In this document: positions 14,985-23,537 of the stretch, one piece after another
How the letters are laid out: each line of letters opens with the position of its first letter
Numbering within the stretch: the first letter of the stretch is position 1
DNA from: Minisyncoccota bacterium
GTDB taxonomy: Bacteria; Patescibacteriota; Minisyncoccia; Phycocordibacterales; DSPV01
Length of the DNA stretch: 64,000 nt
Assembly: GCA_041662545.1 (NCBI GenBank)
Contig: JBAZSH010000002.1
Coordinates: 2,239-66,238, forward strand
Direction of reading: 5' to 3'
Position numbers and translations under genes: made by a program
Notes under the pieces: generated by a model
What the model saw: the letters and a program-made list of their open reading frames with translations, nothing else
Told to the model about the DNA's origin: nothing
Database searches by the model: none

Positions 14985-17405
14985 ATGGACAAAAATAAAG
15001 CAAACATAATTTGGTTTAAGGATTTGGGAATTGAGGATGTGCCGATTGTCGGCGGTAAGAACGCGGCATTGGGTGAAATGTTTGCTAACCTAACCCAGCT
15101 CGGTATTAATGTGCCGAATGGTTTTGCCATCACCGCCCAGGCCTATAACAACTTTTTGGACAAAGCCGGCATTCGGGTGGGTATGGAAAAAATTCTAAAA
15201 GATTTAGACACTGGTAATATGCGAGCGTTACAGAAAGCCGGCAAGCAAACCCGTAAATTAATTTTGAAAAGTAATTTGCCGAAAGAATTGGAATATGAAA
15301 TTGCCGCCGCCTATAAAGAATTAGGCAAGCAATTTGGTACCGAAGAGCCGGATGTGGCCGTGCGTTCGTCGGCAACAGCAGAGGATTTACCCGACGCTAG
15401 TTTTGCTGGTCAGCAAGAAACTTATTTGAATATCGTTGGTGTTAAAGATTTGCTTTACGCTGTTAAAGAATGTATCGCTTCGCTTTTTACCGATCGGGCA
15501 ATTTCTTACAGAAAAGACAAGGGATTTTCTAGTACGGGAGTGGCGCTGTCGGTGGGTGTGCAAAAAATGGCGCGCGCCGACAAAGGCATTTCAGGTGTGG
15601 CTTTTTCTATTGATACCGAAACCGGTTTTGATAAGGTGGTGGTTATTGATGCTTCCTACGGTTTGGGTGAAATGATTGTTCAAGGCAAGGTAACGCCGGA
15701 CGAATTTGTAGTTTTTAAGCCGACATTGGCTGAAGGCAAACGCGCCATCATTGCCCGCGACATTGGAGTGAAAGATGTGAAAATGATTTATGGTCGTAGG
15801 GGGACTGAAATTGTAAAAACTTCACCGGCCGAGCAGGCGGTATTGTGTTTAACTGATGATGAGATTTTGAAATTGGCTGATTGGGTCGTAAAAATTGAAA
15901 AATATTTTTCCGATAAAAAAGGCCATTATCAGCCGATGGACACCGAATGGGCGAAAGATGGTGTTTCGGGAGAATTATTTATTGTCCAAGCTCGGCCGGA
16001 AACGGTTCAGGCGATGCGTGATAAAACTCTTTACATTGAGTATCGTTTGAAAGAAAAGGGGAAAGTTTTGACGACCGGCACAGCAGTGGGCGCAAAAATT
16101 TCCACCGGGAAAGTGCGAGTGATCCGCGATGCGAAAAATATCGGTCGGTTTCAAAAAGGTGAAGTTTTGGTAACGGAAATTACTGATCCTGATTGGGAAC
16201 CGATTATGAAAATTGCCAGCGCTATTGTCACTGACAAAGGTGGTCGCACCAGCCACGCGGCCATTGTTTCGCGCGAGTTGGGCATCACTTGTATTGTTGG
16301 CGCTGTTAATGCCACTAAAGTTTTGCGTGATGGTATGGAAGTAACAGTAGATTCGTCGGGTCCAGTTGGTTCTGTTTATGAAGGTAATTTACCGTTTGAA
16401 AAAATTGAGCATCGCTTAGATAAAATTCCCGAGACCAAGACCAAAATTATGGTCAATATCGGTTCTCCCGATGAGGCCTTTGAAAAATGGCAATTGCCGG
16501 TGAAAGGTGTTGGTTTGGGGCGATTGGAATTTATCATTACCGAGCATATTAAAATTCACCCTAACGCTCTGATTGATTATGAAAAATTGAAAGCCGATTC
16601 TGGTAATGCTGAAAAACAGAAAATCGTTCAGGAAATTGATAAGCTAACCGTTGGCTATACCAACAAGACCGATTTCTATGTTAGCGAATTGGCCGAGGGC
16701 GTGGCAAAAATCGCCGCTGCTTTTTACCCCCACGAAGTGATCATTCGTTTTTCTGATTTCAAAACAAATGAATACCGAACTTTGGTTGGTGGCGCGCTTT
16801 ACGAGCCGGTTGAAGAAAATCCAATGATCGGTTGGCGTGGCGCTTCAAGATACTATGATCTTAAGTTTAAAGAAGCGTTCGGCTTGGAATGCCGGGCCTT
16901 AAAAAAAGTGCGTGAGGAAATCGGTTTGAAGAATGTTTCTACCCTAATTCCATTTTGTCGGACGCCGGAAGAAGGCAAACAGGTTTTGGAAGCGATGAAA
17001 ATTAATGGTTTGGAACGCGGCCAAAATGATCTCAAGGTTTACATTATGTGCGAGATTCCTTCCAACATTCTTTTGGCGGACGAGTTTTTGGAAATTTGTG
17101 ATGGTATGTCTATTGGCTCAAATGATTTGACCCAACTAACACTTGGTTTGGATCGGGACTCGGGTATTGTTGCCAAGATTGCCAATGAAAGAAATCCGGC
17201 GGTGAAAAAACTTATTGCCGAGATTATTAAAAAGTGTAAAGAAAAAAATAAATACATCGGTATTTGCGGCCAAGCGCCTTCCGATTTTCCTGATTATGCT
17301 GAGTTTTTGGTGGAGCAGGGAATTGAGAGTATCTCCTTAAATCCCGATACCATTATCAAAACTTTGGAATTAGTGGCGGAGAAAGAAAAACAACTTGGCA
17401 AGTAG
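14985..17405 (+). CDS. ppsA: phosphoenolpyruvate synthase (pyruvate, water dikinase)
   Basis: N-terminal ATP-grasp (VAVRSSATAEDLPDASFAGQ), mobile His domain (GGRTSHAAIVSRELGITCIVG), C-terminal PEP-binding TIM barrel. Confidence 0.85.
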   Translation: MDKNKANIIWFKDLGIEDVPIVGGKNAALGEMFANLTQLGINVPNGFAITAQAYNNFLDKAGIRVGMEKILKDLDTGNMRALQKAGKQTRKLILKSNLPKELEYEIAAAYKELGKQFGTEEPDVAVRSSATAEDLPDASFAGQQETYLNIVGVKDLLYAVKECIASLFTDRAISYRKDKGFSSTGVALSVGVQKMARADKGISGVAFSIDTETGFDKVVVIDASYGLGEMIVQGKVTPDEFVVFKPTLAEGKRAIIARDIGVKDVKMIYGRRGTEIVKTSPAEQAVLCLTDDEILKLADWVVKIEKYFSDKKGHYQPMDTEWAKDGVSGELFIVQARPETVQAMRDKTLYIEYRLKEKGKVLTTGTAVGAKISTGKVRVIRDAKNIGRFQKGEVLVTEITDPDWEPIMKIASAIVTDKGGRTSHAAIVSRELGITCIVGAVNATKVLRDGMEVTVDSSGPVGSVYEGNLPFEKIEHRLDKIPETKTKIMVNIGSPDEAFEKWQLPVKGVGLGRLEFIITEHIKIHPNALIDYEKLKADSGNAEKQKIVQEIDKLTVGYTNKTDFYVSELAEGVAKIAAAFYPHEVIIRFSDFKTNEYRTLVGGALYEPVEENPMIGWRGASRYYDLKFKEAFGLECRALKKVREEIGLKNVSTLIPFCRTPEEGKQVLEAMKINGLERGQNDLKVYIMCEIPSNILLADEFLEICDGMSIGSNDLTQLTLGLDRDSGIVAKIANERNPAVKKLIAEIIKKCKEKNKYIGICGQAPSDFPDYAEFLVEQGIESISLNPDTIIKTLELVAEKEKQLGK

Positions 17406-17433
17406 CCATTATTCTTGTAGTTTAATTGTTGTT

Positions 17434-17517
17434 GCCGTGGTGGCGGAATTGGTATACGCGCTGCGTTCAGGACGCAGTTCCAGCAATGGATTGAGAGTTC
17501 AAATCTCTCCCACGGCA
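17434..17517 (+). tRNA. tRNA-Leu (anticodon CAG)
   Basis: 84 nt cloverleaf with long variable arm; anticodon loop cTTCAGGAc; acceptor gccgtgg/cacggc. Confidence 0.8.
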
Positions 17518-17670
17518 TTGGTTTGACCAGTGATTATAGGGTTGACAGATTTTGTGGGGTGTGCTAGGCTATTGGCAGTTAATTAAAACAGGGTGTTCTA
17601 GTCACTCTGTTTTCGTTCCAAAAAAACAAACGCGATTTACTAGGAATCGCAAAATTCCTGAAAGGATCAA

Positions 17671-17965
17671 AATGAAAAAGTTTCTGAACTTCCTGAAGTC
17701 CCTTCTTGGTCTCGGTCGCCGGACTGAAATGCCTCAATTGGTGTCGGTGGAAACATTCTTGGTGCCGGAGAGACAGGTGCCGGTGCGGGTCCGTCCGTTG
17801 ACCTGTGCTCCAATTAAACCAGAAGGAAAAAAGGTTCGATTCGTCACTCGTCGTGGCCACCAAATGGTGGCGGAAATTGTTGACCGAAATGGCGGTGGGG
17901 AAGTTTTTCTCCGCCGACCACACCACCGTTTTGGCCCGACCTTTCGCCGGGTTTTGGTTGAATAG
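17671..17965 (+). CDS. small hypothetical protein (98 aa)
   Basis: ATG preceded by AAAGGA; followed by strong terminator; track ORF 17552 start rejected. Confidence 0.4.
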
Positions 17966-17982
17966 GGGATTCAGTTTGGTAA

Positions 17983-18018
17983 GGCCCTGCTTCGTTGCGA
18001 AGCAGGGCCGTTCTTTTT
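17983..18018 (+). terminator. rho-independent terminator
   Basis: ggccctgcttcgttgcgaagcagggcc + TTCTTTTT. Confidence 0.7.
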
Positions 18019-18033
18019 ATATACCCGATGGAC

Positions 18034-18063
18034 TTGACAAATTGTCAAGGATTTGCTAAGATA
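18034..18063 (+). promoter_or_regulatory. sigma70-like promoter with perfect palindrome TTGACAAaTTGTCAA over the -35
   Basis: TTGACA(18034)-18nt-TAAGAT(18058); inverted repeat 18034-18048. Confidence 0.5.
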
Positions 18064-18180
18064 TTAACAGATTGAACATCGGAAATTCTGGCAAGTTTTC
18101 AGCGCGGTTGCGTTGAAAATGCTAAACAGCAAGTCGGGATTTTATCCGATGTTCGCAGTAAATTGAAAGGTTAAATAAAA

Positions 18181-18927
18181 GTGAAAACTTACACATTCGC
18201 GAGTGGATCGGTTAGTCGGGGTTTTGTCCTGACTGAAGACGAGAAACGCGGGCCGACACTGACCTTGGGCGAATACGGTCCAGGATCGTGGGCGGTCTGG
18301 ATTCCTTTGAACAGGATTCCGGAAAACGCGCCGGTAATCAATGGCAATGTCGTGCAGGATGCTTTCCTGCTGAATGCCAGCCAGAATGATCAACCATTCT
18401 TTGTCTTGTCGAAAGATAAGAGCCAAAGTAACGGTTGTTGCCTAATCCGTTTCCTCACCATTGGCGAGGGCGGTAAGGGTAACGGTTATGTTGACCGGAT
18501 CACAGGTTTCCGGTCCAAGAGATTGGCAGGGGGCCACGGTCGAAACAGTGGCATCACTCCCACCAATGGCACATGGAGCGACGAGATCTGGGTCGTCCAC
18601 GAGCGGGAGCTCGTGCGAGTCCAGCTCGCCGGATGCGAAACGGCTTTCGCCGTTCGCGTCTGCAATGGTGAACCCACGGTGGAACCGTGGGTTGAGCGCG
18701 AACCCCGCCAGAAACCGCAGTCGTCCGACAATGGTGGTGGCAAGCACCAGTGGCGGACCCTCAAGGGTTCGCACGTGGCTCCTGAGCCAGCTTGGTCGCC
18801 GGGCATCGATGCGATCGAGCCGGAACAAACTGAGTTCGACGCCGAACTCGAGGAAATGGCGCGAGCCACTAGTGGTCGGCGGGCAGGAACAAAAACTTGT
18901 CGCCCCGACCAGTTGGTCATGGCCTAA
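18181..18927 (+). CDS. GC-rich (~60% GC) orphan hypothetical protein, GTG start
   Basis: 248-aa ORF with GC3-skewed codons in a ~40% GC genome; RBS AAAGG upstream; flanked by terminators at 17983-18018 and 18947-18980. Confidence 0.45.
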   Translation: MKTYTFASGSVSRGFVLTEDEKRGPTLTLGEYGPGSWAVWIPLNRIPENAPVINGNVVQDAFLLNASQNDQPFFVLSKDKSQSNGCCLIRFLTIGEGGKGNGYVDRITGFRSKRLAGGHGRNSGITPTNGTWSDEIWVVHERELVRVQLAGCETAFAVRVCNGEPTVEPWVEREPRQKPQSSDNGGGKHQWRTLKGSHVAPEPAWSPGIDAIEPEQTEFDAELEEMARATSGRRAGTKTCRPDQLVMA

Positions 18928-18946
18928 GCCAGACCGCGATATCACG

Positions 18947-18980
18947 CCCCTCCGATGAACATCGGAGGGGTTTTTGTTTT
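18947..18980 (+). terminator. rho-independent terminator
   Basis: cccctccgatgaacatcggagggg + TTTTTGTTTTT. Confidence 0.75.
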
Positions 18981-19134
18981 TAGATTTAATTCCTCCTTTG
19001 TAAAAGGAGGTGCCCGAAGGGCGGAGGATTTTAAAATCCCCCCGGCTTTCAGCCACCCCCTTTTTCAAAGGGGGATTCCAGAGAAAGGGATTTAAATTCC
19101 AAAGGGAGATTTTTTATGCTACCATAACCACATT

Positions 19135-21609
19135 ATGGGAGTTTTTTCCAAGATTTTTGGCGATGAAAATGAAAAAGCGGTAAAAGTGATTCAGCCCTTG
19201 GTGGCGAAAATCAACGCTTTGGAGCCGGAGTTTGAAAAACTTTCGGCGGAGGATTTGCGCGCCAAAACCGATGAATTTAAAAAACGCCTGGCGGCTGGAG
19301 AAACTTTAGATGACATTTTACCGGAAGCTTTTGCCGTTGTCCGTGAATCAGCAAAGCGAACGCTTGGCCAAAGACATTTTGATGTGCAATTAATTGGTGG
19401 CGTGATTTTACATCGCGGCGGTATTGCCGAAATGAAAACTGGTGAAGGTAAAACTTTGGTCGCTACTCTGCCGGTTTATTTAAATGCTCTGGAGGGTAAA
19501 GGTGTTCATATTGTTACCGTCAACGATTATCTTTCTCGCCGCGATGCTGTTTGGATGGGGCAGATTTACAATTATCTTGGACTTTCGGTTGGAGTGATAA
19601 ATCATGAATCTAGTTTTCTCTATGATCCAACTCACACCGAAGCGGACCAAACTCGCGACGAGCTCGGCTCTTTTAAAGTGGTCCATGAATTTTTGCGGCC
19701 GGTGACTAGACGAGAGGCCTATCAAGCCGATATTACTTATGGGACAAATAATGAATTTGGTTTTGATTATTTGCGCGACAATTTGGAATATGAAGAAACG
19801 GTTTTGCGTCAGCGCGATTACCACTTTGCCATCGTTGACGAAATTGATTCCATTTTAATTGACGAGGCGCGGACGCCTTTAATTATTTCCGCGCCTACTA
19901 GCGAATCGGAAGATTTGTATCGCAAATTTGCCGGCATTGCTCGAACATTGGTAAAAGAGAAAGATTTTACCGTTGACGAAAAATTTCGCTCCATTGCTAT
20001 GACTCAAGAAGGCATTGACCAAGTAGAGAAATCTTTGGGCGTGGGCAATATTTACACCGAAGGTGGAATGAAATTTGTTCATCATTTGGAAACGGCGGTG
20101 CGAGCGGAGGCGCTTTTTCGCAATGATAAAGAGTATGTCGTTAAAAACGGTGAAATTGTAATCGTGGATGAATTTACCGGTCGGCTTCAGCCGGGTCGGC
20201 GTTGGAGCGAGGGCTTACACCAAGCCATTGAAGCCAAAGAAGGAGTTCAAGTGCAAAAAGAGTCGCGGACTTTTGCTAGCATTACTTTCCAAAATTATTT
20301 TCGGCTCTATAAAAAGCTTTCCGGTATGACTGGCACGGCGGTAACTTCCAAAGAAGAATTTTTGAAAGTTTATGGTTTGAATGTTGTTTCAATCCCAACT
20401 AATCAACCATTGGTGCGTCATGATTTGAATGATGTAATTTTCAAAACCGAGCACGGCAAGTTTATCGCTCTGGCGCGACGAGTAAAAGAATTAAATAAAA
20501 AAGAACAGCCGGTTTTGATTGGCACAGTTTCCATTGAAAAAAATGAAGAGTTGTCGCAATACCTGCAAAGAGAAGGAATAAAGCATGAAATTTTGAATGC
20601 CAAAAATCACGAAAGAGAGGGTGAAATTATTGCCCAAGCTGGCCGGCGCGCCGCCGTGACCATTGCTACTAATATGGCTGGCCGAGGAGTGGACATTAAA
20701 TTAGGTGGTAATCCGACCTCGCCCGAAGAAATGAAAATGGTTCGAGATGTTGGCGGTTTGGTGGTATTGGGAACAGAACGGCACGAAGCTCGGCGTATTG
20801 ATAATCAGTTGCGTGGTCGTTCCGGCCGGCAAGGCGATCCGGGCGAAACGCAATTTTTCGTCTCTTTGGAAGATAATTTATTGCGAGTTTTTGCCGTGGA
20901 CACCATTAAAAAAGTGATGGGTTTTTTGAAGGTGGCCGAGGACGAACCGATTGCCAATAATATGATTAGCAAATCATTGGAAACCGCCCAAACGAAAATT
21001 GAAGGTTTTAATTTTGACGCTCGCAAACATATTTTGGAATACGATGATGTCTTGAATCATCAAAGAAAAACTATTTATGACCGACGAAGAAAAATTTTGA
21101 CTGGCGGTGGGGAAGCGGTAGATGAATATTTGGAAAATCTGGCGAGTGGCTTGCCGGTGGAAGAGGCGGAAAAATTGGAGAAATTGATTGCGGAAAAAAG
21201 AACTGCCTTGGGCAATGATTTTTATTTGGCGCTTAAACGGATGATTTTACAGACCATTGATATGTTTTGGGTGGAGCATTTAGAATTAATGGATTACACC
21301 CGTTCATCAGTTAATTTGCGGGCTTATGGTCAGCGCGATCCATTGGTGGAATACAAGCGTGAGGGTTTACGATTGTTTAAAGAAATGGAAGAAGCGGCGC
21401 GGGCGCAAGTAATTCGATTAATCCCCAATCTCGCTGCCGGTATGGGCGCGGTTTCGGTGGAGCAGAAAAACTTGCGGGAGGTGGAACGCCAAGCTCAAGA
21501 AATAGGAAATGTTACAAAATCATCCACTGGTGACAAAAAAACCGTTGGCCGAAATGACCCCTGTCCTTGTGGTTCGGGAAAGAAATTTAAGAAGTGTCAT
21601 GGGAAGTAG
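19135..21609 (+). CDS. secA: preprotein translocase ATPase SecA
   Basis: DEAD-motor Walker A (MKTGEGKT), C-terminal Zn-binding CPCGSGKKFKKCHG. Confidence 0.95.
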   Translation: MGVFSKIFGDENEKAVKVIQPLVAKINALEPEFEKLSAEDLRAKTDEFKKRLAAGETLDDILPEAFAVVRESAKRTLGQRHFDVQLIGGVILHRGGIAEMKTGEGKTLVATLPVYLNALEGKGVHIVTVNDYLSRRDAVWMGQIYNYLGLSVGVINHESSFLYDPTHTEADQTRDELGSFKVVHEFLRPVTRREAYQADITYGTNNEFGFDYLRDNLEYEETVLRQRDYHFAIVDEIDSILIDEARTPLIISAPTSESEDLYRKFAGIARTLVKEKDFTVDEKFRSIAMTQEGIDQVEKSLGVGNIYTEGGMKFVHHLETAVRAEALFRNDKEYVVKNGEIVIVDEFTGRLQPGRRWSEGLHQAIEAKEGVQVQKESRTFASITFQNYFRLYKKLSGMTGTAVTSKEEFLKVYGLNVVSIPTNQPLVRHDLNDVIFKTEHGKFIALARRVKELNKKEQPVLIGTVSIEKNEELSQYLQREGIKHEILNAKNHEREGEIIAQAGRRAAVTIATNMAGRGVDIKLGGNPTSPEEMKMVRDVGGLVVLGTERHEARRIDNQLRGRSGRQGDPGETQFFVSLEDNLLRVFAVDTIKKVMGFLKVAEDEPIANNMISKSLETAQTKIEGFNFDARKHILEYDDVLNHQRKTIYDRRRKILTGGGEAVDEYLENLASGLPVEEAEKLEKLIAEKRTALGNDFYLALKRMILQTIDMFWVEHLELMDYTRSSVNLRAYGQRDPLVEYKREGLRLFKEMEEAARAQVIRLIPNLAAGMGAVSVEQKNLREVERQAQEIGNVTKSSTGDKKTVGRNDPCPCGSGKKFKKCHGK

Positions 21610-21790
21610 AAAGAAAAAAGCCAGTGTCACATTGACAACTGGCTGGGGGCGTCAGCCTCCGAGATTTTGTCTCTTGTAGGCGTCCCACAAACGCCTCGTT
21701 CTTCGGCCAAAGGCCTACACTGACGTTAAATGTATGGTATTCTTATCTCAAAAGATTGTCAATATTTTTGTAGTCAAAGAAAGATAAAAA

Positions 21791-21955
21791 ATGCTACGAT
21801 CAGTGAAAAAATTCAGAAGTGTTGAGAAATTACACCATTTTGTTTGCCGAAAATGTAAAAAGTGGTGGACGGTTGGCGATGCGCCAGTCGCTAAAAAAAT
21901 CTGGTTTTGCCCGTGGTGTGGTAAGAAAAATAACTATAGAATTATGAAATCCTAG
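21791..21955 (+). CDS. small zinc-ribbon protein (54 aa)
   Basis: CRKCKK...CPWCGKK two CxxC pairs; below ORF-track size cutoff. Confidence 0.35.
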   Translation: MLRSVKKFRSVEKLHHFVCRKCKKWWTVGDAPVAKKIWFCPWCGKKNNYRIMKS

Positions 21956-21977
21956 ATCTGATTTAGTACAATATCAA

Positions 21978-22238
21978 ATGAAAATCAAAAAGAAAATTTG
22001 GCCGGAGTATTTTGAGGCGGTGGCGAGTGGCAAGAAAAAATTTGAGTTGCGCCTCAATGATTTTGAAATTAAAGAAGGCGATATTTTGGTTTTGGAAGAA
22101 TGGAATCCGAAAACCAAAAAATACACCGGCCGGAAAATGAAAAAGAAAGTTACTTATGTTTTGAAATTCAAACTGGATGATTTCGGCCAAAAAGAAGAGA
22201 TCGAGAAACTCGGTTTGCAAATCATTTCTTTGGAATAA
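21978..22238 (+). CDS. DUF3850/ASCH-like small protein
   Basis: 86 aa, IWPEYFEAVASGKKKFELRLND...GDILVLEE pattern. Confidence 0.45.
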   Translation: MKIKKKIWPEYFEAVASGKKKFELRLNDFEIKEGDILVLEEWNPKTKKYTGRKMKKKVTYVLKFKLDDFGQKEEIEKLGLQIISLE

Positions 22239-22306
22239 TATCGGGGGGGGGTAATATTTTAAATTTATCAATACACTTATAATTTCCTATAGTGTATAAT
22301 AAGTGT

Positions 22307-22885
22307 ATGGGAATTTTGGAAAAACAAGCCAAAAAAAGATTAAAGAGGGAAACCTTAAAGAAAATCGTCTTGGGAACAGTGGCTGCGGCTGGCGTTTTGA
22401 GTGTTACTTTAGTGGCACCGAACGCTTTACAGATTTTGAAAATGTTTGGAGTAATGCCGTACAAAAGGAGAAAGGAATTAATTAAAAGAGTGTATGACAA
22501 GTTGATAAATCAAGGCTATTTGGTTAGAAAAGATGGTTTTTTAGAAATAACCGAAAAAGGTAGCTTAACATTAGAATTATTAAGTGAGGGAAAAGCTAAA
22601 TTAAAGAAACCAAGAAAGTGGGACAAAAAGTGGCGCATTTTGATTTTTGATATTGATGAAAAAAGGCGACCCAAAAGAGATAAGCTGAGAAGATCGTTAA
22701 TCTCTGTTGGTTTCATGAGATTACAAGATAGCGTTTGGATATATCCTTATGATTGTGAAGATTTTGTCGCATTGCTGAAAAAAGATTTTAAGTTGGGAAA
22801 AGAACTGCTTTATTTGATAGTTGAAGAAATTGAGGGAGATTCTTTTTTGCGTCAGTGGTTTGGTTTACCCGAAAGAGAAAATTAA
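22307..22885 (+). CDS. winged-helix + Cas2/VapD-like fold protein (stand-alone)
   Basis: central wHTH (KELIKRVYDKLINQGYLVRKDGFLEITEKG); C-terminal WRILIFDIDEKRRPKRDKLRRSLISVGFMRLQDSVWIYP matches the Cas2 beta1/KRRxK/G-x-R-hQ-SV core pattern; start moved to the second ATG because the track start overlaps a TGTATAAT box. Confidence 0.4.
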   Translation: MGILEKQAKKRLKRETLKKIVLGTVAAAGVLSVTLVAPNALQILKMFGVMPYKRRKELIKRVYDKLINQGYLVRKDGFLEITEKGSLTLELLSEGKAKLKKPRKWDKKWRILIFDIDEKRRPKRDKLRRSLISVGFMRLQDSVWIYPYDCEDFVALLKKDFKLGKELLYLIVEEIEGDSFLRQWFGLPEREN

Positions 22886-23029
22886 TTTAATTATCGATCG
22901 ATCTTGCTAATTTTGCTACGCAATTCACTTATAATACATTTTACCCCATACACTTATAATATCCTATAGGAAAAATTAAGTGTAAGGCAAATAATTTCGT
23001 TAAAAATTTGTTATAAAAAATAAAAATAA

Positions 23030-23066
23030 AATAAAAAAGCCCCCGCGGTGAGGCGGGGGGTGTTTT
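23030..23066 (-). terminator. bidirectional rho-independent terminator for receiver gene
   Basis: A-run, gcccccgcggtgaggcgggggt, T-run. Confidence 0.7.
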
Positions 23067-23072
23067 GGGATA

Positions 23073-23444
23073 TTACAATTCTATCCCGTGTTTTTGAAGA
23101 AGTTGGTCAATTTTTCCAATGCCGGCAAAATCAAGTTTAGAGACAAAGTCATCCAATCCCAGTTGCACAGCTTTTTCGCGGGCATCAGTTGTACTCATAA
23201 GGATAACCTTTGCTTCCAGCAAAGCTTTCTTGAACTCGCCTGCGACATAGGCGCCTCTTTCCGTTGGTGCGTCAAGGGCGACAAACACCATTGCCACCTC
23301 GTTGATTGATGGGAGTTTTTCGAGCGCTTCGTTAAACGACAGAAAGTCCACGACTTTTGCCCGGTCTTTCAAGAAACGCGAGAGTATCACGACCATGAAT
23401 TCACAAACTTCTTTGTTTGGTTCAACAATAACAAATGTTTTCAT
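23073..23444 (-). CDS. single-domain response regulator receiver (atypical acidic pocket)
   Basis: CheY-like fold, phospho-acceptor context VFVALDAP, conserved T and K positions. Confidence 0.6.
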   Translation of the reverse strand: MKTFVIVEPNKEVCEFMVVILSRFLKDRAKVVDFLSFNEALEKLPSINEVAMVFVALDAPTERGAYVAGEFKKALLEAKVILMSTTDAREKAVQLGLDDFVSKLDFAGIGKIDQLLQKHGIEL

Positions 23445-23537
23445 ATTTCCTTTCGGTTTTTTTGGCTGATGACTGTTCTAGTATAAAAATTATACTTTTC
23501 CCTTGCGCTGTCAAGCAGTTAGGATAAAATATACGCA

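Noticed and set aside
17552-17670. Long ORF start MWGVLGYWQL at 17552
   Set aside because: Begins inside a promoter-like TTGACA region right after tRNA-Leu; internal ATG at 17671 has a plausible RBS.
18442-19068. 208-aa minus-strand ORF and other overlapping ORFs (18461-18958, 18486-18920) in the GC-rich block
   Set aside because: Typical long spurious ORFs in high-GC DNA. The minus ORF runs through two terminator hairpins; the plus-strand 18181-18927 ORF has promoter, RBS and terminator.
21610-21790. Possible ncRNA downstream of secA (gccagtgtcacattgacaactggc hairpin, ggcgtcccacaaacgcc)
   Set aside because: Hairpins lack a consistent family signature; most simply interpreted as a secA terminator region plus the promoter of the small zinc-ribbon gene.
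21963-22271. 102-aa minus-strand ORF antisense to the DUF3850-like gene
   Set aside because: Low-complexity, no start context; the plus-strand gene is favoured.
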